A stretch of 64,000 bases of DNA from Patescibacteria group bacterium (GTDB lineage: Bacteria > Patescibacteriota > Microgenomatia > UBA1400 > PJMF01), in contig JAZQJV010000018.1 of the NCBI GenBank assembly GCA_045541795.1, positions 197,134-261,133 of the forward strand, given 5' to 3'. Within the stretch, counting starts at the first letter, position 1; each line of letters begins with the position of its first letter. Both the position numbers and the translations under genes were made by a program. Under the pieces are notes generated by a model. It did no database searches. It was not told where the DNA came from and saw only the letters and a program-made list of their open reading frames with translations. Shown here piece after piece: positions 19,867 through 28,973 of the stretch.

Positions 19867-21048
19867 ATGAATACACAAATCTCATGTCCCAATTGTCATT
19901 TTACCTTTGATGTGGACCAAGTACTGGCCCAAAATGCCGAAAACCGCATCCGCAGCGAACTTCAAGCCGCACATGAACGCGCTCTCCAGGAATCAGCCAA
20001 AAAACACGAGCAAGAACTAGCCGCACTCAAAACCAAGCTCACCGCTAGTGCCCGGCAAGCCGCAAAGGCCGAATACGAAGCCGCCCAAGCAGAGCTTGCT
20101 GACAGACTCAAAAACGCCGACGTCAAACTCCAAGCGCGTGATGAACAGCTAGAAAAACTCCGCCAACAAAACCTCGACTTCCTCCGGGAAAAAGAAAAAT
20201 GGGCCCAAGAAAAGCAAAACCTAGAACTCGAAAACCGCAAACAGCTCGCCGCCGAGCGGGATAAACTGACGGAACAAATTAGCAAAAAAGTCGAGCAAGA
20301 AAATCAGTTGCGCCTGGCAGAAAAAGACAAAAAACTGGCCGATGCCATGGCGGAAATGGCCGTGCTACGGCGCAAGCTAGAGCAAGGTTCTCAGCAATCC
20401 CAGGGAGAAGTACTGGAGCTGGCGCTAGAAGATCAGCTCCGGGAAGCTTTTGGTGATGACATCATCGAGCCGATAGGCAAAGGCGTCAATGGTGCCGATG
20501 TGCGCCAGCGCGTTTTTAATACCAAAGGCAGTGAGTGCGGCAAAATCATCTGGGAGTGCAAACGTACCAAAAATTGGACGGAAGGCTGGATCAGTAAGCT
20601 CAAAGATGATCAACGCCAAGAAAAAGCCGAACTCGCCGTCCTCACCACGACGCAAATGCCCAAAAACGTTGACAAAGACTTCACTTTTTACCAAGGGATC
20701 TGGGTCTGCAAGCCAGAACTGGCCACATTTGTGGCCACCTTACTGCGCTTCAATCTGATCCGGATCGGCTTTGTGCTCGACTCCCAAGAAAGCAAAGATG
20801 AAAAAGTCGAAGCCTTATACCGTTATCTCACCGGCCCTGAATTCAGCCAAAAAATCGAAAGTCAATACGACACCATCGCCGGCATGCGCGCCCAGCTCGA
20901 AAAAGAAAAAACATTTTGGAACCGGCATTTTGCCGAGCGCGAAAAACAAATTGAGGCGCTTAGCGCCAGTGTGGTCTCAATGTATGGCGGCTTGCAGGGT
21001 ATTACCAGGGGCGCTCTGCCCAGCGTCAAAAGTCTCGAGGGCGAGTAA
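19867..21048 (+). CDS. DUF2130 domain-containing coiled-coil protein
   Basis: CPNC start, coiled coil, GSQQSQGEVLEL, KGVNGADV, IIWECKRTKNW. ATG 19867 is 6 nt after TATAAT. Confidence 0.85.
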   Translation: MNTQISCPNCHFTFDVDQVLAQNAENRIRSELQAAHERALQESAKKHEQELAALKTKLTASARQAAKAEYEAAQAELADRLKNADVKLQARDEQLEKLRQQNLDFLREKEKWAQEKQNLELENRKQLAAERDKLTEQISKKVEQENQLRLAEKDKKLADAMAEMAVLRRKLEQGSQQSQGEVLELALEDQLREAFGDDIIEPIGKGVNGADVRQRVFNTKGSECGKIIWECKRTKNWTEGWISKLKDDQRQEKAELAVLTTTQMPKNVDKDFTFYQGIWVCKPELATFVATLLRFNLIRIGFVLDSQESKDEKVEALYRYLTGPEFSQKIESQYDTIAGMRAQLEKEKTFWNRHFAEREKQIEALSASVVSMYGGLQGITRGALPSVKSLEGE

Positions 21049-21114
21049 ACATCCTCAAATTGCCTGCGCATTTGTCCCAAAACCGTGTTATAATACATAC
21101 TGTTCTTAAAAAAT

Positions 21115-21187
21115 GCCAACCTAGTCAAGGTGGTCACGACACGTGTCTGAAAAACACGGAATCTTGGTTCGATTCCAAGGGTTGGCA
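21115..21187 (+). tRNA. tRNA-Phe(GAA)
   Basis: Acceptor GCCAACC/GGTTGGC, anticodon arm CGTGT-CTGAAAA-ACACG, T-loop TTCGATT. Confidence 0.92.
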
Positions 21188-21201
21188 CAGCAAGGCGGAT
21201 C

Positions 21202-22878
21202 ATGTCAACTCCAAAAAAATTTATCGACTGTACTCGAAATTTTCCCAAATTTCGTCAATTTATCGACTTGAGTCGTAATTTTTGCCGTCACCATCGTCTG
21301 GCAGCTCTCATGACTGTCTGGATCATTTTTGCCGCCGCTTGGGTCTGGCTCAGCCGCGCTCATGCCTTTAGCTTCAATTTCCACGACGAGACTGATCACG
21401 TGGCCGTGGGCTATTTCCTCTATCGTGATCACCTGCGCCTTTACCAAGATCTCATTACGATCCATCAGCCGCTACCAGTGCTAGTGGGCGGCCTGTTTGC
21501 GCTGCTAGTGCCTCACGCCACACTGTATGCTTTTATTTCCCGGCTGCGTCTGCTGATGGCTTTATTTTGGGCTGGTGCAGGCACCGTCCTGGTTTGGCGC
21601 TTTCGCGCCCGGGGGCTTGTCGCCAGTGTCATCACCTGTTTGCACGCCTTCCCATATTTTGGTTTTTTTGTCTTGGCCGAATCCCTCGTCTGGCCAGCAG
21701 TCGCTTATCTGATCCTAGCGATCGCTGAGCAGTGGTGGCCACCAGCTACTGCGGCCCGGCTGCAGCGCCCGCAAGACAGTATCATCTGGGGTGCGCTTTG
21801 CGGTTGGTTGATTTTTAATCTCTTGCCGCTGGCGCCGTTTATCATTGCGGCTACCATTATCTATGCCTGGCCTCGCCGCCAGGCCTGGCGGCGGGAAGTG
21901 TTGCTCGTTTTTGGCGGCTTTTTACTAGTGGCACTGCCCATCTTTTTACTAGTCAGCCCTGTCTCTTGGTTTCGCCAAACCATCGTCAACTTCACTCAGT
22001 ACTGGTCGGCAGACATCCAGTCGTCAGCGCCGGCGGCGCTCACTCATCTCGGCCTCTGGCTCACTTATCCCTTGGTATCGGGATTTATCAGCTATCGCTC
22101 ACCCAGTCTCCTCATTTGGGCGGTCTTGATCATCTACCCGCTGATAATTTCTTATACCCACTCACGCCAGCAAGGCCTGCGCGTGACACTGCTGTATGTA
22201 CTCGTCGTCTTGCTCAATAACCGCGTCAATACTCCGGCCGCCACTCTGTATGAAGGCTTTCATTTATTGCCGTATTTGGCCGGTCTGGCGGCCTTTAGTG
22301 CCGCTGTCTGGTGCGAGCTCTGGCCGCGTGCCACCCGCCGCATCCGCGCCGACGTCATCGTTTTGTCGCTTGTCGCCTCCGGCATTGTCGGCGCCTGGCT
22401 GATCCAAGGTGATGACCGCCAAGCCAAATATGAGATCTTATTTTTGCCGGAGCAGTCACTCATTAATGTCATCAATATCCTCAAAAAACCCGGCGATCGG
22501 CTCCTCACCGGCGAGGAAGGCTATGGTTACCTCAATCTGCTCACGGGTATTCCTTTTGCCGACCGGCAAAACTTTCACCTCTACTGGTCTTGGCGCTCGC
22601 CCGAATTGCGCCAGGATTTCCTCGATACCTTTGCCAAGCGCCCACCAGCCTTCGTCTACTTCCCCAATCACACCGGCCGCGGTATGCCGGATCTACTGCA
22701 TGAGACGATTCTCCCAAGCTTTTACGTGAGCATCACCAATCCCGGCGGTACACCGAGCGATCTTTTTTATCGCGCAGATTTGGCCGCCAGCCTCTCGGCC
22801 GCAGTGCGCGCTGATCTGGCCGCCACTTACTATGCTCTTGCGGCTGCCTCCAGCGCCAGCCAGCTGGCTGCCGACTAA
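21202..22878 (+). CDS. Multi-TM membrane protein, GT-C fold glycosyltransferase-like
   Basis: Many TM helices; FHDETDH acidic loop followed by LYQDL...HQPLP as in ArnT/PMT-like proteins. Confidence 0.6.
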   Translation: MSTPKKFIDCTRNFPKFRQFIDLSRNFCRHHRLAALMTVWIIFAAAWVWLSRAHAFSFNFHDETDHVAVGYFLYRDHLRLYQDLITIHQPLPVLVGGLFALLVPHATLYAFISRLRLLMALFWAGAGTVLVWRFRARGLVASVITCLHAFPYFGFFVLAESLVWPAVAYLILAIAEQWWPPATAARLQRPQDSIIWGALCGWLIFNLLPLAPFIIAATIIYAWPRRQAWRREVLLVFGGFLLVALPIFLLVSPVSWFRQTIVNFTQYWSADIQSSAPAALTHLGLWLTYPLVSGFISYRSPSLLIWAVLIIYPLIISYTHSRQQGLRVTLLYVLVVLLNNRVNTPAATLYEGFHLLPYLAGLAAFSAAVWCELWPRATRRIRADVIVLSLVASGIVGAWLIQGDDRQAKYEILFLPEQSLINVINILKKPGDRLLTGEEGYGYLNLLTGIPFADRQNFHLYWSWRSPELRQDFLDTFAKRPPAFVYFPNHTGRGMPDLLHETILPSFYVSITNPGGTPSDLFYRADLAASLSAAVRADLAATYYALAAASSASQLAAD

Positions 22879-23062
22879 AATTGCCCCTTGCAAAATCTAA
22901 TTGCCGTGCTATAATATCGATGTTGGATTAAATGCGCCACCCCGGCGCTGCCAGTTTTACTGGTTCCCACAAGCGACGCCGGTCCTCCTCCATGCCGGCG
23001 TTTCGCTTTTTGCGGCAATTTGCTGGTAAATTTCCGCCAAAATCTGATATAATACAGCGTAT

Positions 23063-23136
23063 GCGTCGGTAACTCAGTTGGATAGAGTGTCTGCCTTCTA
23101 AGCAGAATGTCGCGGGTTCGAGCCCCGCCCGACGCA
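23063..23136 (+). tRNA. tRNA-Arg(TCT)
   Basis: Acceptor GCGTCGG/CCGACGC, anticodon arm TCTGC-CTTCTAA-GCAGA, GGTTCGAG. Confidence 0.93.
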
Positions 23137-23246
23137 CCCGAGCTTCATTAGCAGACATGCAGCTAGACTGCTAAAAATCTACCCCACCATGAATATATTG
23201 ATACACCGGCATTATTTTCGCACTGTTCACAAAAAATACTCAATTT

Positions 23247-23279
23247 AAAAACCCGCCTTCGGGGAAAAGGCGGGCTTTT
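23247..23279. terminator. Intrinsic terminator between convergent units
   Basis: CCCGCCTT...AAGGCGGG flanked by A and T tracts. Confidence 0.65.
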
Positions 23280-23295
23280 AGCAACTCCAGTGACC

Positions 23296-24726
23296 TTAGT
23301 CAAAAGCGTGCGTATTCACGCCCTTGGTCCAGTCAATTTCCGCGTGAGCCTTGAGGATGTCGCGGATGATCTTTTTGAGGCTGTCGTATTCTTTTTTGGT
23401 CTTGCCTTCAAATTTGATCGTAATGTACGGCCCATTTTGTGACGCGCGTACAGTCACCATTTGTGTGGGCGTATCCATGCGGATACCATCAATAGTGTCG
23501 TAGTCGGCCTTGGGGAATTGTTTTTTGAGGTCGCCGGCAATCACTTCCTTGATGAACTTAAATTTGATGTCATCAGCCAGCCCGAGCTTAATTTCTGGAC
23601 TGGTAGTGTATTTTGGCAAACTGTCTACGGCCTCGCCCAAAGTCAGATCCTTGCGCTCCAGATAAGACAGCAAACGCAATGACGCGTACGCGGCATCGTC
23701 ATGACCAAAGAAATTATCATTAAAGAAAATGTGGCCCGAAAGCTCACCGCCAAATGGCGCATTAAGTTCTTTGATCTTGGCCTTGATGAAAGAGTGACCA
23801 GTAATCCACATTACCGGTTTGCCGCCACGCTTAGTGATGGTCTGGCTTACAGCCTTGGAGCACAAATTATTAAAGACAATCGGCGCGCCAGGCATCGTGT
23901 CGAGTACATCGTCGGCAAAAAGCGCCACCACGCTATCCATCCACAGTACCCGGCCAGCTTCATCTACCACCGCCATCCGGTCACCGTCGGCGTCGTAAGC
24001 CAAACCAATATCCGCTTCATGTTTGAGCACGCCTTCACGTAGCCGCTCCAGCACTTCTACTTCTGTGGGATCCGGCACGCCTAGCGGGAAATTGCCGTCT
24101 AGCTTACAGTTTTGCTCGATCACCTCACAGCCAGCAGCGTGCAAAATTTCCGGATAGAACTTACCACTGGTAGAATTACTGGCATCAATCACCACTTTCC
24201 AGCGTTTGTGCAGGCGGAAGTTTTTGAGGATCGTGCGCAGGTAAGAGTCAAAGATGTCTACCTTGTGATTGGGCGCGGGCGTGGGCGCAGTCACGAAGTC
24301 GGCCTTAGCTGTGAGCTCCCGGAAAGCCTGTACCTCTTCTGACAGCATCGTCTCCGAGTAACCCGTGCCCAGCTTCAAGCCGTTGTATTCACGCGGATTG
24401 TGAGAAGCGGTAATCATCGCGTAGCCTTTGGTCTTAAACTCATAAGCGGCAAAATACACCATTTGTGACAAAGCTAAGCCCATATCATAAGTCTCAATAC
24501 CGCCGTCATTTAGCCCTTGGATGAAGGCTTTTTTGTAGGCTTTGGAGGTGATGCGGTTGTCATGACCCACGGCCGCATCTACGATCCGATGCATTGACAG
24601 CCAAGTAGCATAAGCCCGTCCAAAAGTATAATAGACGTCCTCATTCAAATCTACATCCATGACGCCACGGATGTCATAGCCCCGGAAAATATGGGGATTA
24701 ATGTCGGTAACAATTTTGTAAGCCAT
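23296..24726 (-). CDS. Phosphomannomutase/phosphoglucomutase
   Basis: IFRGYDIRG, TASHNP phosphoserine loop, DADGDR, GGELSGH. Confidence 0.93.
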   Translation of the reverse strand: MAYKIVTDINPHIFRGYDIRGVMDVDLNEDVYYTFGRAYATWLSMHRIVDAAVGHDNRITSKAYKKAFIQGLNDGGIETYDMGLALSQMVYFAAYEFKTKGYAMITASHNPREYNGLKLGTGYSETMLSEEVQAFRELTAKADFVTAPTPAPNHKVDIFDSYLRTILKNFRLHKRWKVVIDASNSTSGKFYPEILHAAGCEVIEQNCKLDGNFPLGVPDPTEVEVLERLREGVLKHEADIGLAYDADGDRMAVVDEAGRVLWMDSVVALFADDVLDTMPGAPIVFNNLCSKAVSQTITKRGGKPVMWITGHSFIKAKIKELNAPFGGELSGHIFFNDNFFGHDDAAYASLRLLSYLERKDLTLGEAVDSLPKYTTSPEIKLGLADDIKFKFIKEVIAGDLKKQFPKADYDTIDGIRMDTPTQMVTVRASQNGPYITIKFEGKTKKEYDSLKKIIRDILKAHAEIDWTKGVNTHAFD

Positions 24727-24860
24727 AAAAGCCTTCCTAATTACCAATTTGACCCATTATAACATAACTTTTACTATTTTTGGTGGCAATTTGCCCGCGC
24801 GCCGGCTCGTTTTTATGGTATAATAAAAGCTCTTAGCAAAAATTAATAAAGGAACGATTT

Positions 24861-25427
24861 ATGGCAACAGTCAACGGCGGTAATCTCAAAAAAGGCATGT
24901 ACATTGATTTTCGCGGCGCGCCACATCAAGTGACCAACACTCAATTTGTCTCGCCAGGCAAAGGCTCAGCTTTTACCCGGGCGAAGCTCAAAAACATCAC
25001 CACGGGCAACACCCTAGAGTTTACCTTCAAGACCAACGAAAACGTGGAACTGCTCGATGTCCCCAGCAGAGAGCTGACTTACTCTTATCATGATGATGAC
25101 GTGGTCGCCTTCATGGATATGCGCACCTACGAGCAATTTGAGATCAAAAGAGAACTCATCGGCGATGACGTCTATTACCTCACGCCAGACGTCAAAGTCT
25201 ACGTGATGTTTTTGGGTGATGAGCCCATTGGCGTCACCCTGCCGCCCAAAGTCAAGCTCAAAGTCACCGAAGCGCCCGAGGCCATCAAAGGTGATCGGGT
25301 GACCGCTGGCAAAAAACCAGTGGTGATGGAAACAGGTCTCACTGTCCAAGCGCCCATTTTCATCAAGACCGGCGAGACTTTACTCATTGATACTACTACC
25401 GGCGAATACGTTTCTCGGGCCAACTAA
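24861..25427 (+). CDS. efp: Elongation factor P
   Basis: PGKGSAF loop, KGD..T..KP, ETGL, DT.TGEYVSR. Confidence 0.96.
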   Translation: MATVNGGNLKKGMYIDFRGAPHQVTNTQFVSPGKGSAFTRAKLKNITTGNTLEFTFKTNENVELLDVPSRELTYSYHDDDVVAFMDMRTYEQFEIKRELIGDDVYYLTPDVKVYVMFLGDEPIGVTLPPKVKLKVTEAPEAIKGDRVTAGKKPVVMETGLTVQAPIFIKTGETLLIDTTTGEYVSRAN

Positions 25428-26050
25428 TCACGGCCTGGTGATACCTTTTCCTCTGCCTCCAGCCAACCGTGCTGCCGACACAGAGTCTTGATCTGCGCCG
25501 CCAGGTCTGCAATGTTGCCAGTATTATCAAGCACGCTTGAAATTCTTGCCGTCTGGAGGAGTTTGTCTTGTGAGTGCTCCACCCGCATCTCAGCCTTTTG
25601 CCGGTCCCAGTGATATGCCGCTTGGGCGCGCTCAATCATCTGCTCACGGCTGGCGGTAATTTGCCACAGCTCATCCACCAGCGTAGCAAAACCGGCCGCC
25701 GCCAGATGGCTGCCGAGTACAAACACCACCCGTCTGCCTCTTTTGCCTTGGGCAAAAAGCCATATTTCCAAATTTTGCCGCACACGTGGCCACATGATTT
25801 GCTCGAGCCACGCCAGATCCTCTGGATGAGTAAAAACGTACCAGGCAAGCCGCTTTTTGTCCACACTCGCGTCTGGCAAAAACACATCCAGGCCAAAACG
25901 GCTTTGTAATATGTCTTTGACTTCCGCCGTCTCATAAAGCCGAGCCACGATCTGGTCACAGTCAATGACACTCAACCCTAGCTCGGCCAAAATCCGCCCC
26001 GCGGTGGATTTACCCGCGCCCATCATCCCCGTGATCCCAATTACTTGCAT
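25424..26050 (-). CDS. coaE: Dephospho-CoA kinase
   Basis: IGITGMMGAGKST, IDCD, LEQIMWP.V; ATG 26050 is 6 nt after TATAAT. Confidence 0.88.
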   Translation of the reverse strand: MQVIGITGMMGAGKSTAGRILAELGLSVIDCDQIVARLYETAEVKDILQSRFGLDVFLPDASVDKKRLAWYVFTHPEDLAWLEQIMWPRVRQNLEIWLFAQGKRGRRVVFVLGSHLAAAGFATLVDELWQITASREQMIERAQAAYHWDRQKAEMRVEHSQDKLLQTARISSVLDNTGNIADLAAQIKTLCRQHGWLEAEEKVSPGRD

Positions 26051-26101
26051 AAGGCAATTATACACCCCAAACGCCAGAATTTGTGGTATAATAAGCGCTA
26101 T

Positions 26102-26184
26102 GCCCTGGTGGTGGAATGGTAGACACAGCAGACTTAAAATCTGCCGACCGCAAGGTCATGCGAGTTCGAGTCTCGCCTGGGGCA
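26102..26184 (+). tRNA. tRNA-Leu(TAA)
   Basis: GGTGGAATGGTAGAC D-arm, GCAGA-CTTAAAA-TCTGC, long variable arm, GTTCGAG. Confidence 0.93.
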
Positions 26185-26404
26185 CGAGGTTTCACGAAAT
26201 GCAAAATTAAAATCTTTTCATCCCCCCCCCCATTTTGCCCCTTGACACGCGCGGCTATTGTGCTACAATGATTTGGCATCCGTGAGTAGTAAGTAACGTA
26301 GAAAGTAAAAAATCCAAAAAAACGCTTCCAAAAATAAAATGATGTAAACCATCTTGCTGTAGATAACCAAGCTATCTGCGCGCCTTAGAGAGTAGAAAGG
26401 CATT

Positions 26405-27769
26405 ATGTATAGCAAATTTTTGGGGCGTTTGTTCCTCACGGCTAGTTTCATCCCGCTGGCCGTGGGGCGTGCTGCCGCCGCCTCCAGCACTACCACCACG
26501 ATGAAACTGATAGACACCCCGCTGGCTGCAGTGGTGGGTACGGGGGGACGCGTCAATCTCATCCGCACGGCAGATAACACTTGGCAAGCCACGGATAACT
26601 CCAACTGCCCAGACGGCGCTGCTTATCCCAACGGCACTGCTCACTGTTTTGCCGCCAAAGGTGATTACACCGCCGCCCAGGTCTATCAGTACTCCTGCCG
26701 CAAGCACACCTGCTCAGCCGATACCGTGTGGAATCCCGCCTCAGGCACCTGTATCCCGATCGTGGATTACGGCTGTACCCACACCAATAACTTCATGACA
26801 CTGCAAGACTGGGACGGCTGTAGTGCTCTGGCCACACCGGCCGCCGGCGGCAATAATTACACCGCTGGGCCGTGCTTGATCGACAATCGCGACGGCAAGA
26901 CGTACAATGTCCGCAAATTTGCCGACGGCAAATGCTGGCTGGCCAACAACTTGAAGTTTGGCGGCGATTATCACTACTGGCACAATATCAAAGGTCAGTC
27001 AGCTGATACCTGCGCGCTGCGGCTGGGCAGTAAGTGGCAGTCTGGCGGCTTCAACAATCTCTATACCAATCAGTCTGCGGCCAAGCCGCCCACCAATCGC
27101 TTCTGGCAAGGCTCTTACGGCGACTGCGTCTATCCGTACTCATCCACCTCTAGTAGTGATGCCAGCAATAAATACGGCTATCTTTACAACTGGATGGCAG
27201 CCGTACAGTCTCCTTGCGGCTGGTATAGTCAAGAATGTGATCCTGACGCCATGGCGACCAATACCGACGGCAAAGGCACCTACGGGACGCAAAAAATCCA
27301 AGGCATTTGTCCGGAAGGCTGGCATCTGCCCACGGGCGGTACTGGTGGCGAGTTTAATATCCTCACTGACCGGGTTGCTGGTATCACTGGTGGCAGTAGT
27401 CACTTGGCCGATGAGTCCAATACTGCCGGCGGTTGTTATACCAAAGGTAATACTACCTGTGGTATTTGGTCTGATACTAGCCGCAATGGTGGTAACGGTA
27501 GTTACGTTTTAACTTTCTTCAACCCTGGAGGAGGTTTTAATACTACTTATGCCGGCCGTACCAATTACATTGGTGAGTCTGGGGCTACAGAAACTACTGC
27601 CGTCGGCCTGATCTACCAGGGGTCGAACGCGCGCTATTGGTCCTCTACTGCTAGGTCTACTACCAACGCCTACGGCTTGGACGTGTACAGCTCGGGCGTG
27701 AGACCCCTAGGCTACCATCCGGGCGACAGCAAGTACTACGGCTTTTCGGTTCGCTGCGTGCTGGATTAG
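26405..27769 (+). CDS. DGR target protein, FISUMP (Fib_succ_major)/CLec-fold domain with N-terminal signal
   Basis: DNRDGKTY, CWLANNL, YGYLYNW, GICPEGWHLPT, YWSST, GFSVRCV; 3' end carries the variable region matching the TR. Confidence 0.93.
   Translation: MYSKFLGRLFLTASFIPLAVGRAAAASSTTTTMKLIDTPLAAVVGTGGRVNLIRTADNTWQATDNSNCPDGAAYPNGTAHCFAAKGDYTAAQVYQYSCRKHTCSADTVWNPASGTCIPIVDYGCTHTNNFMTLQDWDGCSALATPAAGGNNYTAGPCLIDNRDGKTYNVRKFADGKCWLANNLKFGGDYHYWHNIKGQSADTCALRLGSKWQSGGFNNLYTNQSAAKPPTNRFWQGSYGDCVYPYSSTSSSDASNKYGYLYNWMAAVQSPCGWYSQECDPDAMATNTDGKGTYGTQKIQGICPEGWHLPTGGTGGEFNILTDRVAGITGGSSHLADESNTAGGCYTKGNTTCGIWSDTSRNGGNGSYVLTFFNPGGGFNTTYAGRTNYIGESGATETTAVGLIYQGSNARYWSSTARSTTNAYGLDVYSSGVRPLGYHPGDSKYYGFSVRCVLD
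27596..27757 (+). repeat. DGR variable region (VR)
   Basis: 162-bp ungapped match to 30488-30649; 14 mismatches, all at TR adenines. Confidence 0.97.
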
Positions 27770-27782
27770 GTTTCCGGTTTGG

Positions 27783-27869
27783 GGCGCGGCTGTGGACCCA
27801 CGACCGGCGGAGCTTATGCGCAGCCGAGGCGGCAGCTTGCTGCCAGCCACAGTGGGGACCGGCCGCGCC
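27783..27869 (+). other. GC-rich nested inverted repeats 3' of the VR (candidate target-recognition hairpin)
   Basis: GGCGCGGC/GCCGCGCC (27783/27862), CTGTGG/CCACAG (27790/27847), GGCAGC-TT-GCTGCC (27831-27844). Confidence 0.6.
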
Positions 27870-27959
27870 GGCCACCAAAAAAGTAGCTTGAGCAATAAAA
27901 ATTAATTAGAAAAAATTATAAATTATAAAGTAAATCAAACATCAAAAAAAAGGAATATT

Positions 27960-28946
27960 ATGACGACAAACTCCAAAAAAGCACCCATCAAAAATCAGGC
28001 CGCGCCGGCCAGCAACTCTGGCGTCGCCAAAAAAATCACCAGTGCGGGCGGCGAGCAAAGTGATCTTTTTGCCGGCATGGCTCTGCCGGAGGCGGCCAAA
28101 AAAGCCGAAGCTCGGGTCTTCAAGGTGGGCCTGAGTGCCAAAGAAAAAAAGACCGCCGCCAAAATCAAGGAAATCCGCAACCGCGACCACAAAATCGGCC
28201 TGATTGACGAGTGGATCGAGGCCGAAGACGCCAATTTTGACACGATCATCCTTCACAAAGAGTACGATATGTTTGTGGCTTTCAACCAAAGCGCTTATCA
28301 GCTGCGCGTCAAACTCCATCCTGGCCTCAAGCTCTACTTACAGCTCAACAAATACCGCCCCGAAGCCTTACGGGTGGCCTTGGGCAAAAATCAGCTGATA
28401 GACATCCGCCTGGCGGCCGAGGAAGCGGGCTTACAGATGCAAGAGTTCAAGGATGACAACCAAGAAGTGCAGACTATCATCATCTCCGGCCTCGCCACCA
28501 TCACCAGTGAAGAATTTAATAACTGGAAAGCCTCATACATTGCCAATATCGAAAAAGCCCAAGCTACCATCAAACCATTTTACGGCGACCTCAATATTTA
28601 CAAAAGTCTCATGGATCTATCCGTGATGGAAATGCACGCCGTGGGTAATTTCCCGCGTCACATCCGTGAGGTGATCGGCCCACAATTACTCTCACTAGTC
28701 ACGGCGGCCATCGCTCTCATCCGTGATGCCACCCTCAAAAAAGAAGACGAGCTGCCGCTGCCGCGCAAAATCGCTGTGGTGATGGAGCTGGAGAAAAATA
28801 TTGATCAGCAGGGATTTTTGCTACAGACATCTCTCAATCTCCAGGTGCTCAATACCGATAGCTTTGCCCGGCTCGCCAGTGTCATGGGTGAGCTCATCCA
28901 TCAGCTCACAGCCTGGAAATTATCCCTCAAAAAGAAACGGGCATAA
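27960..28946 (+). CDS. DGR accessory protein: MutS-domain-I-like (MSL) module fused to Avd-like four-helix bundle
   Basis: Mid region IILHKEYDMFVAFNQSAYQL resembles MSL. C-terminal LNIYK.LMDL....GNFPRHIREVIG...GELIHQLTAWK resembles Avd. Lies between target and RT. Confidence 0.7.
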   Translation: MTTNSKKAPIKNQAAPASNSGVAKKITSAGGEQSDLFAGMALPEAAKKAEARVFKVGLSAKEKKTAAKIKEIRNRDHKIGLIDEWIEAEDANFDTIILHKEYDMFVAFNQSAYQLRVKLHPGLKLYLQLNKYRPEALRVALGKNQLIDIRLAAEEAGLQMQEFKDDNQEVQTIIISGLATITSEEFNNWKASYIANIEKAQATIKPFYGDLNIYKSLMDLSVMEMHAVGNFPRHIREVIGPQLLSLVTAAIALIRDATLKKEDELPLPRKIAVVMELEKNIDQQGFLLQTSLNLQVLNTDSFARLASVMGELIHQLTAWKLSLKKKRA

Positions 28947-28973
28947 GTAAAAAACACCGGTATATAGGCAAAA

